Positions 37,109-49,906 of a DNA stretch of 64,000 nucleotides are shown here, one piece after another. The position numbers were made by a program, and so were the translations under genes. A model generated the notes under the pieces. The model was not told where the DNA came from and ran no database searches. It saw only the letters and a list, made by a program, of their open reading frames with translations. This stretch comes from Marsupella aquatica (lineage: Eukaryota > Plantae > Marchantiophyta), in NCBI GenBank assembly GCA_973895155.1, contig OZ316892.1:30479228-30543227 (forward strand). The letters are read 5' to 3'. Each line of letters begins with the position of its first letter. Position 1 is the first letter of the stretch.

Positions 37109-37846
37109 ATCACCCCTCTAATGGCGCATTGATTGGCATCGATATTGTCAATCGCGCTCAATGTAAGTTCTTGGGCTTTATTAATTAGTTTGGTGGCTTT
37201 AGAGGCATTGGAGTAATTATTAGCCCCAAGGGCATCTAGAGAGTGCATAGTACAAGTTCACTTCCCAAGACAGTGAAAATATGATCAAACTGACCACGTT
37301 TTGGAGAAGATTCAGATTGAATTCATTTAATTTGTGTCTATGCTCACAAAGTACGTTGAATGTGTGAACATGCTCAACCAACTTCTATGTCAGTGAAGCT
37401 TTCAATTGGGTTAGATTGCACATTCATGGTGCAGATCAAGCTTGGGACACAAGTAATGGAAAATGAAAAATACTAGGATAGTTGGCCAATTGAGATTGAC
37501 TGCAGAGTCCATTGTGGAGCTCCACAGGAAAATCTGATGTGAAGAGCTTGGTACACAAAACTCCTTTATCACAATTGTGTCAAAATAACTAGCTAGTATG
37601 TGATCAAGCAAAAGGAATTTGTTATATAGGGTAGCGTAGCATAATTATAGTCTGAATCACAGTAAGTTGTATTTATAGGGGCAAACGATCGAGCAAAATA
37701 TGGCATCAGCTAATTTTGTTGTTTTTCATGCAGGATGGCGACAGTATTTGGATGTAGTCGGTGTGGGGAAAAATTTCAATCAGCAAACTCTCGCAGTTCC
37801 CATTCCCGCTCAGTTCACCGTTCTACTTACCAATTGCAGCTCAACA

Positions 37847-40512
37847 ATGGCACAACCTAGATCATTGAGAAAGAAGAGGTTGGTCGATTCCATTGCCCTG
37901 TGGCCACAAGTTCCTCGTCCTATCCCCGCAGTGATAGTTTACGTCTTCACTACAAAAGGAAACACAATGAAGCAGTAAGAGTTGACCTATTCATGGATGT
38001 AGACGATCCAATTGTCAACCAAGTCCCCACCACTATTCTAGATCGTGACCTGTTAGCAACACCAGACATGTTGAGAAATGCAAAGCTTTGCATTGTTCAC
38101 CACAACAACCTTGTTCTTCTAGTATGCTTGCAATGCCATACAGCCCTTCAGCACACGGAAGGAAGTAGCATTATCCGTCATGTTGGAAGTCATCGAAGGA
38201 ACATGGACAGGGTGAGACTTGCAACACAAAATTCAATCACGAATCCAACACCAGAGCAATTGTCGGTTTTGTTGCAGGGTGTGTTGTTCACACGTACAAA
38301 TGATGCGTCCCTACTACCATACACAATCAACCCAACTGCAGAATTGTTGTCCTCATTCATTGGGGCTTCTCTTGCTCAAGATGTATCTTCTTTTGTAGAT
38401 CAAAGCGGACGATGGCAAATCACCGATGTATGAAACACAACCACCTTGGTTTCAAGGACATTGCTACTCCATGTCAAGTGCAAGCCCTCTTCAAGGGAGT
38501 TGGCCGCAAATTCTATGGAGTGGACCATGGCAATGTGTACCTTGCGGACGATGCAGTAGCTCAAAGTACGAGAGGTGCAGTCGCAAAAGTATTTCAAGCT
38601 CATCTACAGTCATTAAAGACAGATCTTGCACCTCCACTGAGGGAATTGTCGCCGTGGCTAAGGGTATCAAGATGGCATGAGATTGCATCCCAGTTCATGC
38701 CTGAAGGTGTGCCATTTGTTGAAGTGAAATTTGAGATGGAACCCCCAAGGCCCGCTGACCCTGGGTCTTCACTGTCGTACTTGGGCACTGTGGTCCGTGC
38801 GTACATGACATGCACAAGACATATTCTTAGTGGAAATGTAGATTATAGGGTGCAAAGAATGGTGTTGAAGCCAACTCCAAATGCCGATGTCACAAGGGGA
38901 TTGGGTGGACTACAAGAGAAAAACATTGTTCCACAATACTGTGCTGGAATGGTTTCCCTTCTTCTTTGCCTCATTCATTCTTGTACTTATGATTCTCGGC
39001 CTCAACACTGTGTTATATACACAGATAGGCCGGATCTAAAAGGTGCCCTACAACAATTATTGGCACAATTAGGCCAACCAAGTGAGGCGCGGCCTGCAGA
39101 AGAAGGTGATATTGATCTCACAAATATCCATCAAGTACTATAATTTCTTCTCTGGACTCCAAAAATTCCGGAGCTGTTGTATGCTCGTTCATTGGCGGAT
39201 TGTTTGCTCACTCGGTTCTTTATCCTCCACTCTCTAAAGAGTGACGGGCTGGGTTCCCAATCCACAGGGTATGCATTTTGCAAAATTGGGAAAATCACCA
39301 AAATATTGGCAATACTTCACTACTGGGCAAGATGTACAATCCTGATGGAACTCTCACAAGCTCTTTGGCATCCAAACCCACGTGGCCTACCTGGGAATGA
39401 AGTAAACATTTTTGGAGAAATACGTGAGCGATGTGGCATTGGACACGCCGATTACTCAAGTTCGGCAGTACATGCGATTGGCAAAAACAATTAATCGAGG
39501 CACCCATACTCGACCAAATCTCATACACATGGATGATACACAAACAACATGCTCAATTGACGGTGATATCATCACATTGAATGCCTTCAAAGATATGATT
39601 CGTGCCATTGTTGAAGAAGCAACAACAACACTCAACCATGATGTTCTTCTCGGTCTCAAATCTGAATGGATACTCAATTTGGTGAGTACCAAGGGCTGCA
39701 TTCATGATGCTGTCCAAACAGATGAAGTGCATTATTCTTTTCTCATAGACGCCCAAAATCCAAAGTTCCAACAACATGGAAAGGATCTATTGAACCACAT
39801 GTTCAATAATACTATGATGATGGCACATTTCATCCTACGAGTGGACAATGTAAATGGACTTATTTGGAACATGCCTGCACTCCACAAGTGGATGGTTGCA
39901 TGTTCCAAGCTACAGAGGCTATTGAACCTACTTCTGCATTTCTGTTCTGGATTACCTACAAGAGGGGAAGAATACTCGAGCCTATTGATTCGCAACACTG
40001 CCACTGGGGATAGAGCATTCATTTGGTTATCTGATACGCTGATGGTTTATGAATCCTACCACAAATGTGCAAATGCTGGGAAACCTATAAACCTCACTAC
40101 TCGGTTCATTCCTGACAATCAAAGCCACCTATTTGTGAAATTGTTATGTCTAGTTCGCCCAGTACAATCTTTCGTGGCGAATATTTTGTGGGGTCTGGAA
40201 GTTGCAACAATGTACCTAGATTGTTGGTTTGTGGCCATGGACAAGAGGCTGACGGGAGCAAATCTTTCTGCCAGTGTATTAGATGCTTTCCAAAAGCACC
40301 GAGACATTCCATTTGGGATTTCAAAGTACCGGCATGTGGCAGCACATTGGAGTGAGAATATACGAGCTTGTAAGGCCCATTTACCCACGAACCCTAAACG
40401 CACCACATGTCCCAAAGTGATTGACGTCAGCTGCGACGCAGTCCCCTCAAATGCTTGTACATTTCATGTAATTAAGTTGGGTTGTTGCTGTAGGCAATTG
40501 GTATTTGATTGA
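37847..40512 (+). pseudogene. OrsD/DUF3505 zinc-finger plus tyrosine-recombinase-like protein resembling the N-terminal part of fungal telomere-linked RecQ helicase proteins; frameshifted and 3'-truncated
   Basis: In order: C2H2-like HCPVAT...SLRLHYKRKH; LVCLQCHTAL...IIRHVGSH; GFSCSRCIFFCRSKRTMANHRCMKH...CQVQALF; ELSPWLRVSRW; LLLHFCSGLPTRGEEYSSLLIRN; YHK...RFIP; FGISKYRHVA. Confidence 0.7.
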
Positions 40513-41491
40513 TTCATTAGTGGCTAGGCTTTTAAGTTGCAGACTTGGATTAGTTGCAAAGTCGGATGAATCTGTCCCGGTGATTTTCTTTGTCTCTGTC
40601 CATTGAATTCAGCTTGTGAGTCGGTTTTGTTATGATTTGATTTGGTGATTGTTTTGGAGTCGTAGCCGTGGTCAAAAGCACGTCTATTAAAAACAAATTC
40701 ATGGAGCCCAGGTTGTTGCTGTATATAAAGCGCAGCAGGATTGAGCTTCAATATGAAATGAAAGCATTTATCCCCTCCCTAGACTGATTGAAGTTTCCTA
40801 GCGAAAAATTTATATGTTTTAACTATCCAAGTGTAGGTTTAACCGTGAAAGTGCAAGCCGCTACTCCAAGTGCTGGTTGGTGGCCTAAGTGCAGGGTGGT
40901 AGGTGGAGTACGTTGCCCGACCTTGTTACTTTTTCATTGTTTGCCTATGGTGTTGGCATTTTTCTCACACTCATTCTCATCCTGCTATAATTGGCAATTC
41001 AATTATCCTCTAGAATTCACTCAGAAGGTGAAGTATTAGTAAGACTACATTTTCCCTTTGCTCACAATTGAATTTCATAATCCTACTTGTCGTAGCATTC
41101 TGCAAACTCTCATGGTTTGCTTATGGCCATTATTTGCAATTTTTTGCTACTAAGATGTCTTCTTCTGAGCAGCATACACCGGAAGTAAGCAATAGTGGAG
41201 GTTTAACTGCACATCAACACATCCAGTGAACTACCTCTCTGCTGCTCACTGCAGGGTGAAACTTTCACTCTTTTTGGATATTGTAGTTTGTAAGCAAGTT
41301 GATTAGGAGTGTTTCATGCTATGTTTATACTGTGACCTCTAGCTGGAACCAAGGGAATGACACAGTGAGTGGGAACTAATAATTTAAGGTTGGTTGCTGT
41401 TGGTGAGGCAAGTATAGCTCCTGCTCACCTTGTTGATCGAAGGTGCATATCAGAGGACGTGAACACATGACATCTCCACAAAGCAACACTT

Positions 41492-41941
41492 ATGGTGAGG
41501 ACCCGCAATGTTGAACATGTGCGGCTTACACGCAAGGCAGAGATGTTGCACCTTGAGTATGTCAAACTTGGGATCCTTCCAGCCCAGTCTGCATGGTACT
41601 TTGAGTACCCTGTTGTTGCCAGGAACAACTACAGCCGGCCTCTACCTACTTCAGTACCCTTCCTGACATCCTTGGTATTTGTGTCTCTTGTACATGACCC
41701 ACCACAAATTAGGTGCCAAGGGTGTGTGCACAGTTGCCAATATGACTGTCCTGCCTGTAGGGCTTCTAGCCCAGAGTTGGATGACCGTTCTCTTGGATGT
41801 CGGTTTTTGCACAGAGCACAATGTATCATCTGGAACCACTTGCCATCCTGTAGTGTGCCTGGTGATGTCACTTGTCCTGCCCTCCCAGACCCCACCATCG
41901 GTGACTTTGGTGTCTACACATGTTTGGATCACACGCTCTAG
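41492..41941 (+). CDS. Hypothetical Cys/His-rich 149-aa protein (CACTA cargo)
   Basis: Intact ATG-to-stop ORF; the same frame is open in the second copy. Contains CQGCVHSCQYDCPAC...CRFLH...C...H...C. Confidence 0.5.
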   Translation: MVRTRNVEHVRLTRKAEMLHLEYVKLGILPAQSAWYFEYPVVARNNYSRPLPTSVPFLTSLVFVSLVHDPPQIRCQGCVHSCQYDCPACRASSPELDDRSLGCRFLHRAQCIIWNHLPSCSVPGDVTCPALPDPTIGDFGVYTCLDHTL

Positions 41942-42207
41942 AGGACCACTTGTCACACCGCATGCACAGACCAGAGACCATTGACCTATAACTTAACACT
42001 CAAACTTGAACAGAGAGGATATTTACTTAAAATTTTGAATTATGAGCAATTTTGGGTCCAGGGTTTAGGGTCAACAGTACATAACTTATCCTATTATGGC
42101 TGCACTAAGTAGAATATCCTAATTTAAGAGGCTAGCAAGCTCACTTAAAAGTCTCCTTTCAAAGACTGGAATTAATGGGCCATGTGATAACCTGGAAAAA
42201 GTGATTT

Positions 42208-42649
42208 CCTTGGAATTTGTTTTCGCTTTATAAATAAACCGTGGAACCTCACGGAAAAGAGGAAACAAGCAGCCCAACGGGGACATCAGAAGCACAAAAC
42301 AAGCCAAACGCAGCCCAAGGCAGTACCCCCAGGCCCCCAACACACATCACACCGCCCCACTCAGGGGGAAGCCCCCAAAGCACGGGGGCCAAAAGCCAGC
42401 CACCAGCCAGGATGCATAAGCCCGTCTCAAACATCAACAATAAAGCCACTACGGCGAGAACCCAACCAACACCTACGCTGCGATGCAATCTAGTCTTTAG
42501 CCGCAAACAAACACAACTATTTCCTACCTAATGGAAGTCCCCTACCCACCGCATAAAGATCAACTGCCACCTCAGACAACACAAGCCCGCAGTCAAAGGT
42601 TCTCGCCACCCCCACGCAGAACATATGCTCATTCCTAGCCCTCCAAAGC
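42208..42649 (-). mobile_element. 5'-truncated L1-type LINE 3' end with 19-bp TSD
   Basis: AACCTGGAAAAAGTGATTT at 42189-42207 and 42650-42668. The minus strand starts with LWRARNEHMF, the plant L1 ORF2 C-terminal W..RN..(I/M)F motif. Confidence 0.7.
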
Positions 42650-43060
42650 AACCTGGAAAAAGTGATTTATGCCTAACTTATTTGTCTCATTCACTATCAT
42701 AGCCTATTTAGGATGTATAAATTACAACCCTGATCACACTGCTTGATACCAATCTTGTTCAAAAAATGCCTGTTTTACATGTCACGACTATTGTATGTGA
42801 TTCAAATGCATTAAATCATGTTGCAGATCTCCTTTGGTGAATCATAGTCACAAAATTGAGGTGTAGGTGGAGCTATTGTACTAGGGGATCAGTTTTCAGT
42901 GTGGGCTCAACAAACCAAAAAGTATGTCTACTCTGTGATCATTTCATTGCAGTAGCAATTGCCACTCTAGTCTATATGCTACACTGTACTTTTTGTACAC
43001 TGCTAAAATTGTATTGTCTGTGCACTCTACTAAATTGTACTATCTGTCTCATGCGTAGGC

Positions 43061-43740
43061 ATGGCACGCCCTAAAATCCGAGCCAAGAAGGGGGGGATAG
43101 AGGTGAGCAACACAGGTGTAGTTGGGCCAGATGGTAGTAACTTCTCCACACATCAGATTTTCCAGGAGGCAACTCATTGTTGTGCTATTTGGGATGATGG
43201 TGGGGGCTTAGCCATATGTGAGGGCCCTTGCATGAGGCATTTCCACCTCAACCCAGAGTTTGACCTTGCTGCAAAAAACAACTGTCCAGGGGTGGGCCTC
43301 CCGTCAGCACACCAGGGAGGCTGGATGTGCACTGATTGTTTGGAGAAGCAGGCTAAGTGTGCACAGTGTGGGAAGTTGGGGTCTTATGAGGGCTCTATTG
43401 ATGCTCCACCACTTGTTAGGAAATGCCCTGACAGGTATTGTGTGAGGTTCTTTTGTTTTCATGTTTGCCCGATCTTGCCACAGCTTGCCCACTTCATAAG
43501 TGCAAGGCATGTGGTCAGCACGATGAAGATTTATGGGTGGACATAGTCCACTGTGTTAGGTGTCCCACCATGTGGCACTTTCATTGTTTGAAGGAGCGTC
43601 AAGCAGAAGGCTATGCTTGTGACAGACACATCTATCATCACTCTGCACATGGTGTTGATCGATGGATCTTCTATTGTCATCGCCATGCCATAGATCCTAC
43701 TTTGCACACTCCTATGAGAGATCACATTTCTTGGCTTTGA
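43061..43740 (+). pseudogene. Stand-alone EDM2-type composite PHD-finger module, intronless, one frameshift
   Basis: CAIWDDGG.LAICEGPCMRHFH...CTDCLEKQAKCAQCGKLGS...C...CPLHKCKAC...CVRCPTMWHFHCL...RWIFYCHRHAIDPTLHTPMRDHI follows the EDM2 PHD pattern (CEGSCLRSFH, CPLHKC, CRRCPKSYHRKCL, IYCQEHEID...TPVRDHV). Frameshift in the T-run near 43455-43460. Confidence 0.85.
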
Positions 43741-44338
43741 ACCTGAATAATGTACATGCATAGTGCACCTGATGTGGATACCTTGGAGATTGCAGACATT
43801 CCAATTTTGAGAAGAAGGACCTTTGTAGGAGAGGATGCTTAGGCAACAATTACCCTAAGTTCATTACTTGTTCTTGGGTACATGCCTTCAAAAACTCCCC
43901 TTAAGCCTTCTAGGAACTTTTTTAACTCTGCAATCATTTTGATCACGACTTACATGACACTACTTAAATTAAATCAGGACTTCTCATTATGAGCATATAA
44001 GTTACAAGGCTATTTAATTTGCAAGAATTCCCTTAAAGTGTACCAACATTTTGTATTCTCATTGAATGTCTGCCCATTTACAACATCTGTTTGTGGCATC
44101 ACAAAACAATTGCACTTGTCACCTTCAATATTGTGAAGGCACATATTCAAACTATGAGGTGCATCCTTGCAGGTGTCTAGTACGTTTGTCCCAATATTTC
44201 TCCCGTTTGGAATCGGAGCAGAGACTCACCAGACGACTAGACTGGACCAAGTTATAAATGCAACATTTTAGGGGCCCTCCAATTATCAGGTGAACGCATT
44301 ATCTTCCGGTCTACAGTGATTAGGTGGGGTGTGTGTAC

Positions 44339-45185
44339 ATGGCCTCTAGGAAACGTACAAGGTTGACCACCCGCCTCTGTTGGCTGGAATCAAAGCCATT
44401 TTGATTCCTGGCCACTATGGGTTCACCCAAGTGAGTTGGCCAATTGTACAAAAACAATTCTTAGAGTTCCATGGGACTGAAATCAAGGACATCACTCCAC
44501 AGACTACACATGTTATTGCAGGGACATGGCTGGATGTGATGAACAAGTGGTCATGGTCCTTCATTGATTCTGCCATTACCAACCAAGGTCTAACAGTAGT
44601 TGAAGTCTCTTGGCTGACCGATTCTGTTAAACATAGGTGTGTACAGAGTACTGAGCAATATGAGTTGTGGGAGAGTGAGGAGGCCACTACAGAGGCTTTG
44701 GCTGAAAAGGAAGCATATGAAGCAGCAACAGAGAAACCCAACTTTGCTTCTGTCCAATATGGACCTGTTGTCAACATAGGACACCATCCTATGACTGCAG
44801 ATGCTATATTGAATGAGCATGGCAAGGAGAGAAATAGCATTATGAAGGGGTTCAATGTGGTATTTGCAGAAGAGGGAATTGGGGAGACTAAGTGCAGACT
44901 GTACAAGTCCATAGTTTTTGAGCTAGGTGGGACAGTGGAGGAGAGTCTAACAGAAACCTCTACATATGTTGTAGGCTGTCATACATGAAAATATGCAGAA
45001 AATTCTTTAAGACAATAGTGCGTCATTTTGTCATGAACAACAATCTTTGGGTGCTTTCCCTTGATTGGCTTCTGGAATCAACAGCGACAGGGATGCGACA
45101 GAATGCTTGGGACTTTGATATTTTTGAGGCCTGGCCCTCCAAGCTTCAGCGGAGATGTATGCTTAGCAATTGTAGGAGAGAGTGA
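44339..45185 (+). pseudogene. Tandem BRCT-domain protein, frameshifted
   Basis: First domain LAGIKAILI...HGTEIKDITPQTTHVIAG...VVEVSWLTDSVK...EQYEL; second domain MKGFNVVF...LGGTVEESLTETSTYVV...VLSLDWLLES...FDI. Confidence 0.8.
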
Positions 45186-45325
45186 GGAGTAGGAGTCCCT
45201 CATATTTTTGTATAAATCACAATTTTGTAATAAATGTGATCCTTGAACTAACTCATCTTGTCATGGTTGGCCGTAGTTGAACTGATTGTTGTTTCCTGCT
45301 GCGTGGGGTGTGACTGTGAATCTAC

Positions 45326-45662
45326 TTGCTGGGCTCTGTTTGGCTGAAGACTTTGGTGGGTATGCTGCCCCTTCCAGACCAACTGGCCCTATGTAGGGTC
45401 CTCCTATGGGTTGCATCGTGCATGGCTACTGCTTGGGCTTACATGTGTGGATTGGTAACCAAACAAAGTGTAGCTCCAACCGAGATAATGCTTGCAGACC
45501 CTGGATGTGTTGTGAATGATGTGGTGAATGAGGATGCACAGTCCAAAGAGGACATTTACTTTTCAGCAGATGAGCTAGACAAGCACGATGTTGTAGGTGG
45601 TTCCTTGTTGCCTGATTTGGCAAATGATATAGTTCTTACACATGTCTGGCCGAGGGTTCTTG
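45326..45662 (+). pseudogene. F-box protein fragment, truncated at 45662
   Basis: SLLPDLANDIVLTHVWPRV; the longer copy is at 54045-54500. Confidence 0.55.
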
Positions 45663-45733
45663 GGTTTCTCTGTTGATGGCCTCTGTTCCAACACCTCCTT
45701 TGGTGCCCTTGCCTGTAAGGGAAGTACTAGGGC
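45663..45733 (-). mobile_element. Fragment of the 612-4274 ORF family, left of the CACTA insertion
   Basis: CCTGTAAGGGAAGTACTAGGGC matches CCTGTAGGGGAAGTACTGGGGC at ~2837-2858; the sequence continues at 63549. Confidence 0.7.
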
Positions 45734-46559
45734 CACTAGTAGAAACCGGGGGGTATTTAGACCCCATTAAACGACTATTCAGTACCGTATAGGACTTGGA
45801 AACGACTGGGAAGGACTCCAGTCCTTTATAGGACTGCGAGTCGTATGTTTTGTTACTATAATCAACTGAGTCCTTTATAGAACTGGTTTATAAGTCGTTT
45901 AATAGACTGGATTTTCAGTCTATTTTAGTCTTTGTGTGGGTAGCTTTGGTGAGGCGTTTTCAGTCTTTTATGGGCTGCGATGATGAGTCGTTGGGAACGA
46001 CTAAAAAGGTTATGGAGGGTAGTCTTTAAATATACTTTGTGGGGTATGTATAAGTCTTTCATGTCAACTGGATATGAGTGATGAAGACCCCACTATACTA
46101 CTTGGAATGAACCCACTCTTGTGCACAAATAACATATTGCATTCATGTTTTATTGTGTACTTGGAATGAACTCACTCTATAAGTTCACCATTCATCATGT
46201 TAACATTAGAATACATAGTTTCAGAAAGCCATCTTCTATACCATGTACACTAATATGAATTCACAGATTCAAACTTCATAGACTACAAAGAAGGTCACAA
46301 AGTATTCCTCTATACCATACACACTAATACTGAAATGATAAAATAGATTCAAGTATCATAGACAATCACCATAGAGCCATAGTTTGACATCAATCACTTG
46401 TTTCATACATATAGAATTCAAAAATATCAATGTCACACACAACGTCTCCTTCATCCTCTTTACCAAATGGAAAAATTGGTACAGATATTTCTTGGATCTT
46501 TCCAAGGCAATGTCAAAATGTGACACAATTCACATGATTCTATCTACACTTGCATTCAG

Positions 46560-49500
46560 TCACTGCAGACTAACACACTCTGATGGCCAGAGCACAAGAG
46601 ATCCTACTGCATCTGCAATTATTTCCTGAGGTGGATCATCGTCTCTATTCGGAAATGGCAAATTACAATCAGATACAATCACTGTAGTCAACAACACTAC
46701 TACATGGTCATCCGGGACCACTTTGCCATGGAATTTTGCATGATCCGGTCGCAAAATGCCTGTACCCACACATACCTGCGAGTCATCCTCCCATGATAGA
46801 AGATTATGGACTGGCTCTGCTGTGGCTATCACCTCCACCTTACCCTGGCTGTTTTTCTTGGCTTTCCTGGGTGGCTTATACATGAAATTATTCATACCTT
46901 GGTTGCGAGTCATGACTTTGGCACGAGTGTTTTGTGCTGGTGATCGAGAATTGGCTACACTCTTCTTCAAAGAATCTGCATCCATATTTGACACTTCTGA
47001 TTGTGTAGCAGGATTTCCCTGCGACATCATCTCAGTATCTGCCAACATTGTACTTGCTTCAATTGAAGCATCTACAATCTTACTTGCATCCAATGTTGCT
47101 CCCAAGTTTCGACGTCGCTTCACCCTACTCCCACTTGGTTGAGAGTCTGTCAACTCTGCATCAACTACAATTCAGTGTCATGTCCAACATAAGTCAATCA
47201 CTCATCACATGTGCTAAATGTACATGTCACCAACCACAAAGTTGTCACTATCTCCTTACCATTATGAACAGCCTTCTTCCCCTTCTTTGCCATTGCCATA
47301 TGCTCCATGTCTGCTTCTGTTGATCAATAAACACACCACAATATTCAGGTTGAATCTATTAACCATTGAATTGTTGCTCAACATTCATATAGAGGAATTT
47401 AAAGCATCAGCTTACCTGATACCTCCTTGGCTATGGTCACTGAGGCACTGGGCACATCTTCTTCATTATTGCTCTTTGAATCACCTGATACATCAATCAT
47501 GATGTCACTTCAGATCCCAGTTCATCCAACCAGTTCTTACAGAAAAGATTACCTCCAACCGGCTTAAGCTTCATAAAACTCCATGCACTTTTCAAATGTA
47601 ATGTACTGGATCATAGCAGGTTACCTATCTCAGCAACCTTCTTGCCCTTCTGCTTACTGATTACAGGGTCCTTCTCTGCCTCCACTCTTCCTGCATTCAA
47701 ACCATTCACTCAATTCATGAAAACTTACTTCTAACATTTGAACATAGGACACAATGAACAATGGGCCGGTGTCATTTCCATACCTGTGTCAGATTTGCCA
47801 ATTCCCTTTTTTGTTAACAAGGGCACACTTTGTACAATGTTGCCCTCATTGTTTGGTTGGGAACCACCCAATTTTTCAATCACAAGCTTGAAATTAGATT
47901 CCACTGATGCAAGAAGGTTCGCTACAGATGCCTCCACAATATCCAAACGATCAGCCAATTTACTTTCCACTCGAGGGAGTCCACACTCTAATGACTTCAA
48001 CCATTCACACATCTCTGTGAGATTGTAACGGTTCCCTGTCATAACACAGCTTACATATCTCAGATAACTGTCCCCAAGAACTGGTTGCTTACTTCCTACT
48101 ACATTTCTTTCTGATGCTCAAGGCCAAATAGTCACAGAACATACAGAATTACAACATAATCACCTGTTTGGAAGTCACACTTGTCACCTCACTCCTCTGT
48201 TTCATGAACTCCTCTCTCACTTCTTGTGCTGATGGTTCTTCACCTGTCAATTTCTTCTGCAGTCCACATCAACATACATATGAATGAAACCAAGTGTTGA
48301 TTGTCAATGAAAATGTAATAATGGTAGCAAGATGATAAGTTTGAGGCTTACTATCAGGCATGTCACTGCCTTACCAATTGTTCTTTCACTGGAGCATAAC
48401 TTCCTCTCCCAGCCTGTGAAAGGTGTTTCACTTTGCCTCGAGCATTTGACATCAGTTCACTCTTGCTTTGTCCAGCCTCCGACATGAACCCTTTGATTAA
48501 CCGTGTCCATTGATCCAGTTCTAATGATGGGGGTGGTGGCATTCTCCTGTTAGAACCATTGTCTATCCACATCCTTTTCAACCTATGCCTCTCTTGTTTC
48601 AAAATCCTCATTGCATAATCTGATATGCAATCTTCAACTGGGCCCTTACCATCATTACCAACATAGTCCCACCGTTCAAGAATGTCCTTGCAGATAGCAG
48701 CCCAATCAGCTTTGTTCTGACTCCTAAACTCTGTAATGCTCAAATCTAACCAACGCAATACTTCTCCTCTTAGGTCAGAATGCCAACGGTTCTTACCATC
48801 ACATGTGGGAGTTATCCAACCTTCGGAATTCACTTCTACTTTACCAAATTTGTTACTGTCTCCTGCCTTGGTACTCCCTGAAGCGCTACTAGGTGTCCCT
48901 CCACGGCCTGGTGTCCCCCCACGGCCTGGGGTCCCTCCACGGCCTGATCTCCCCCACGGCCTGGATTGCATTGTCCAAACCTCCCTGGAGTCCCTGCACA
49001 TTTACAGGATCCATTTACAGTCACTTACATTAGGTAAGTATGAATCATAAATCCTGCTGCCAAATATACACTGGACTTCAGAGCAATTCTGCAATGACCA
49101 AGTTACCTCTCCCTTGGCGCATAGATGGTTCTGGACCACCTGTCCTATTGCTTTGTCTTGATGAATTAGGGCCGTTTCTCCCGCCTGTGAATGATTGCCG
49201 CCTATCTGAACGTGGATGGCCTTTGTTGTTTTCGCGATTGTCCCAATCAGAGTCTACATACCAACAGGTACATGCCACACTCATGGACCTGTAAGATAAA
49301 CTCTTTGCCCTAGCTACACATCAGATAAGTCCATATTGAGCTAAATCTCTACTACCATCACAAAATCACTAGCACAAGGCACTTACTTGTCCAATCATCC
49401 TCCTCACCTTTCCATTGCCCTCTGTACCCGTCTCTACCACGCTCTGGGTGTTCATATTCATCCCATCCATCTTCTGCTCCATCATAGTCATCATCATAAT

Positions 49501-49729
49501 TATCAGGCGTCCCTTGCCAATAACTCTGGCTCCTTCTAGGGTATGGATTATGTGATTTCTCTCTAGCTGCCCACCTACCTGGGACTTGATGAGGGCCCTG
49601 TGCATCCTGCACAGGTGCATTTTTCTGTGAGCCCCCTGCATCTGGGTCTCCATCCATATCCAATCTTTCCTCTTCACCCCACTCTCCAAGCCCCATGTCT
49701 GTCTCCATGTCATCACCCTCTTCCCCCAT
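46560..49729 (-). CDS. CACTA TnpA-like multi-exon gene (Ptta/Transposase_24-like and Tnp1/Transposase_23-like regions); exon structure and integrity unresolved
   Basis: Exonic ORFs 49358-49729, 49078-49284, 48363-49001 (QWTRLI...QSKSELMSNARGKVKHLSQAGRGSY), 47731-48042 and 46560-47153 (FHGKVVPDDHVVV...LPFP...IADAVGSLVLWP), lying downstream of TnpD inside the TIRs. Confidence 0.7.
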
Positions 49730-49906
49730 AGCTTCTGCACAGTACCCACAACCAAACAGGGAGAATCAGCACACTAAATTCAAAGTATCAATCAATTTCA
49801 TGCATATCCAACTATCCTAAACATCATTCCAGGCAGCAATTCCCGTTCTGTGACTCTGTGCAGGTAGTCATCCTCAACCTCATACTTGCCAATCGCCAGT
49901 TGTTGC

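Larger units (their letters stand above)
41087..45662 (+). mobile_element. Partial inverted sister copy of the CACTA element's cargo arm
   Basis: 41087-41862 is the reverse complement of 55778-56554, and 45006-45662 of 54164-54820, with scattered substitutions. No TIR is visible in this copy. Confidence 0.75.
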
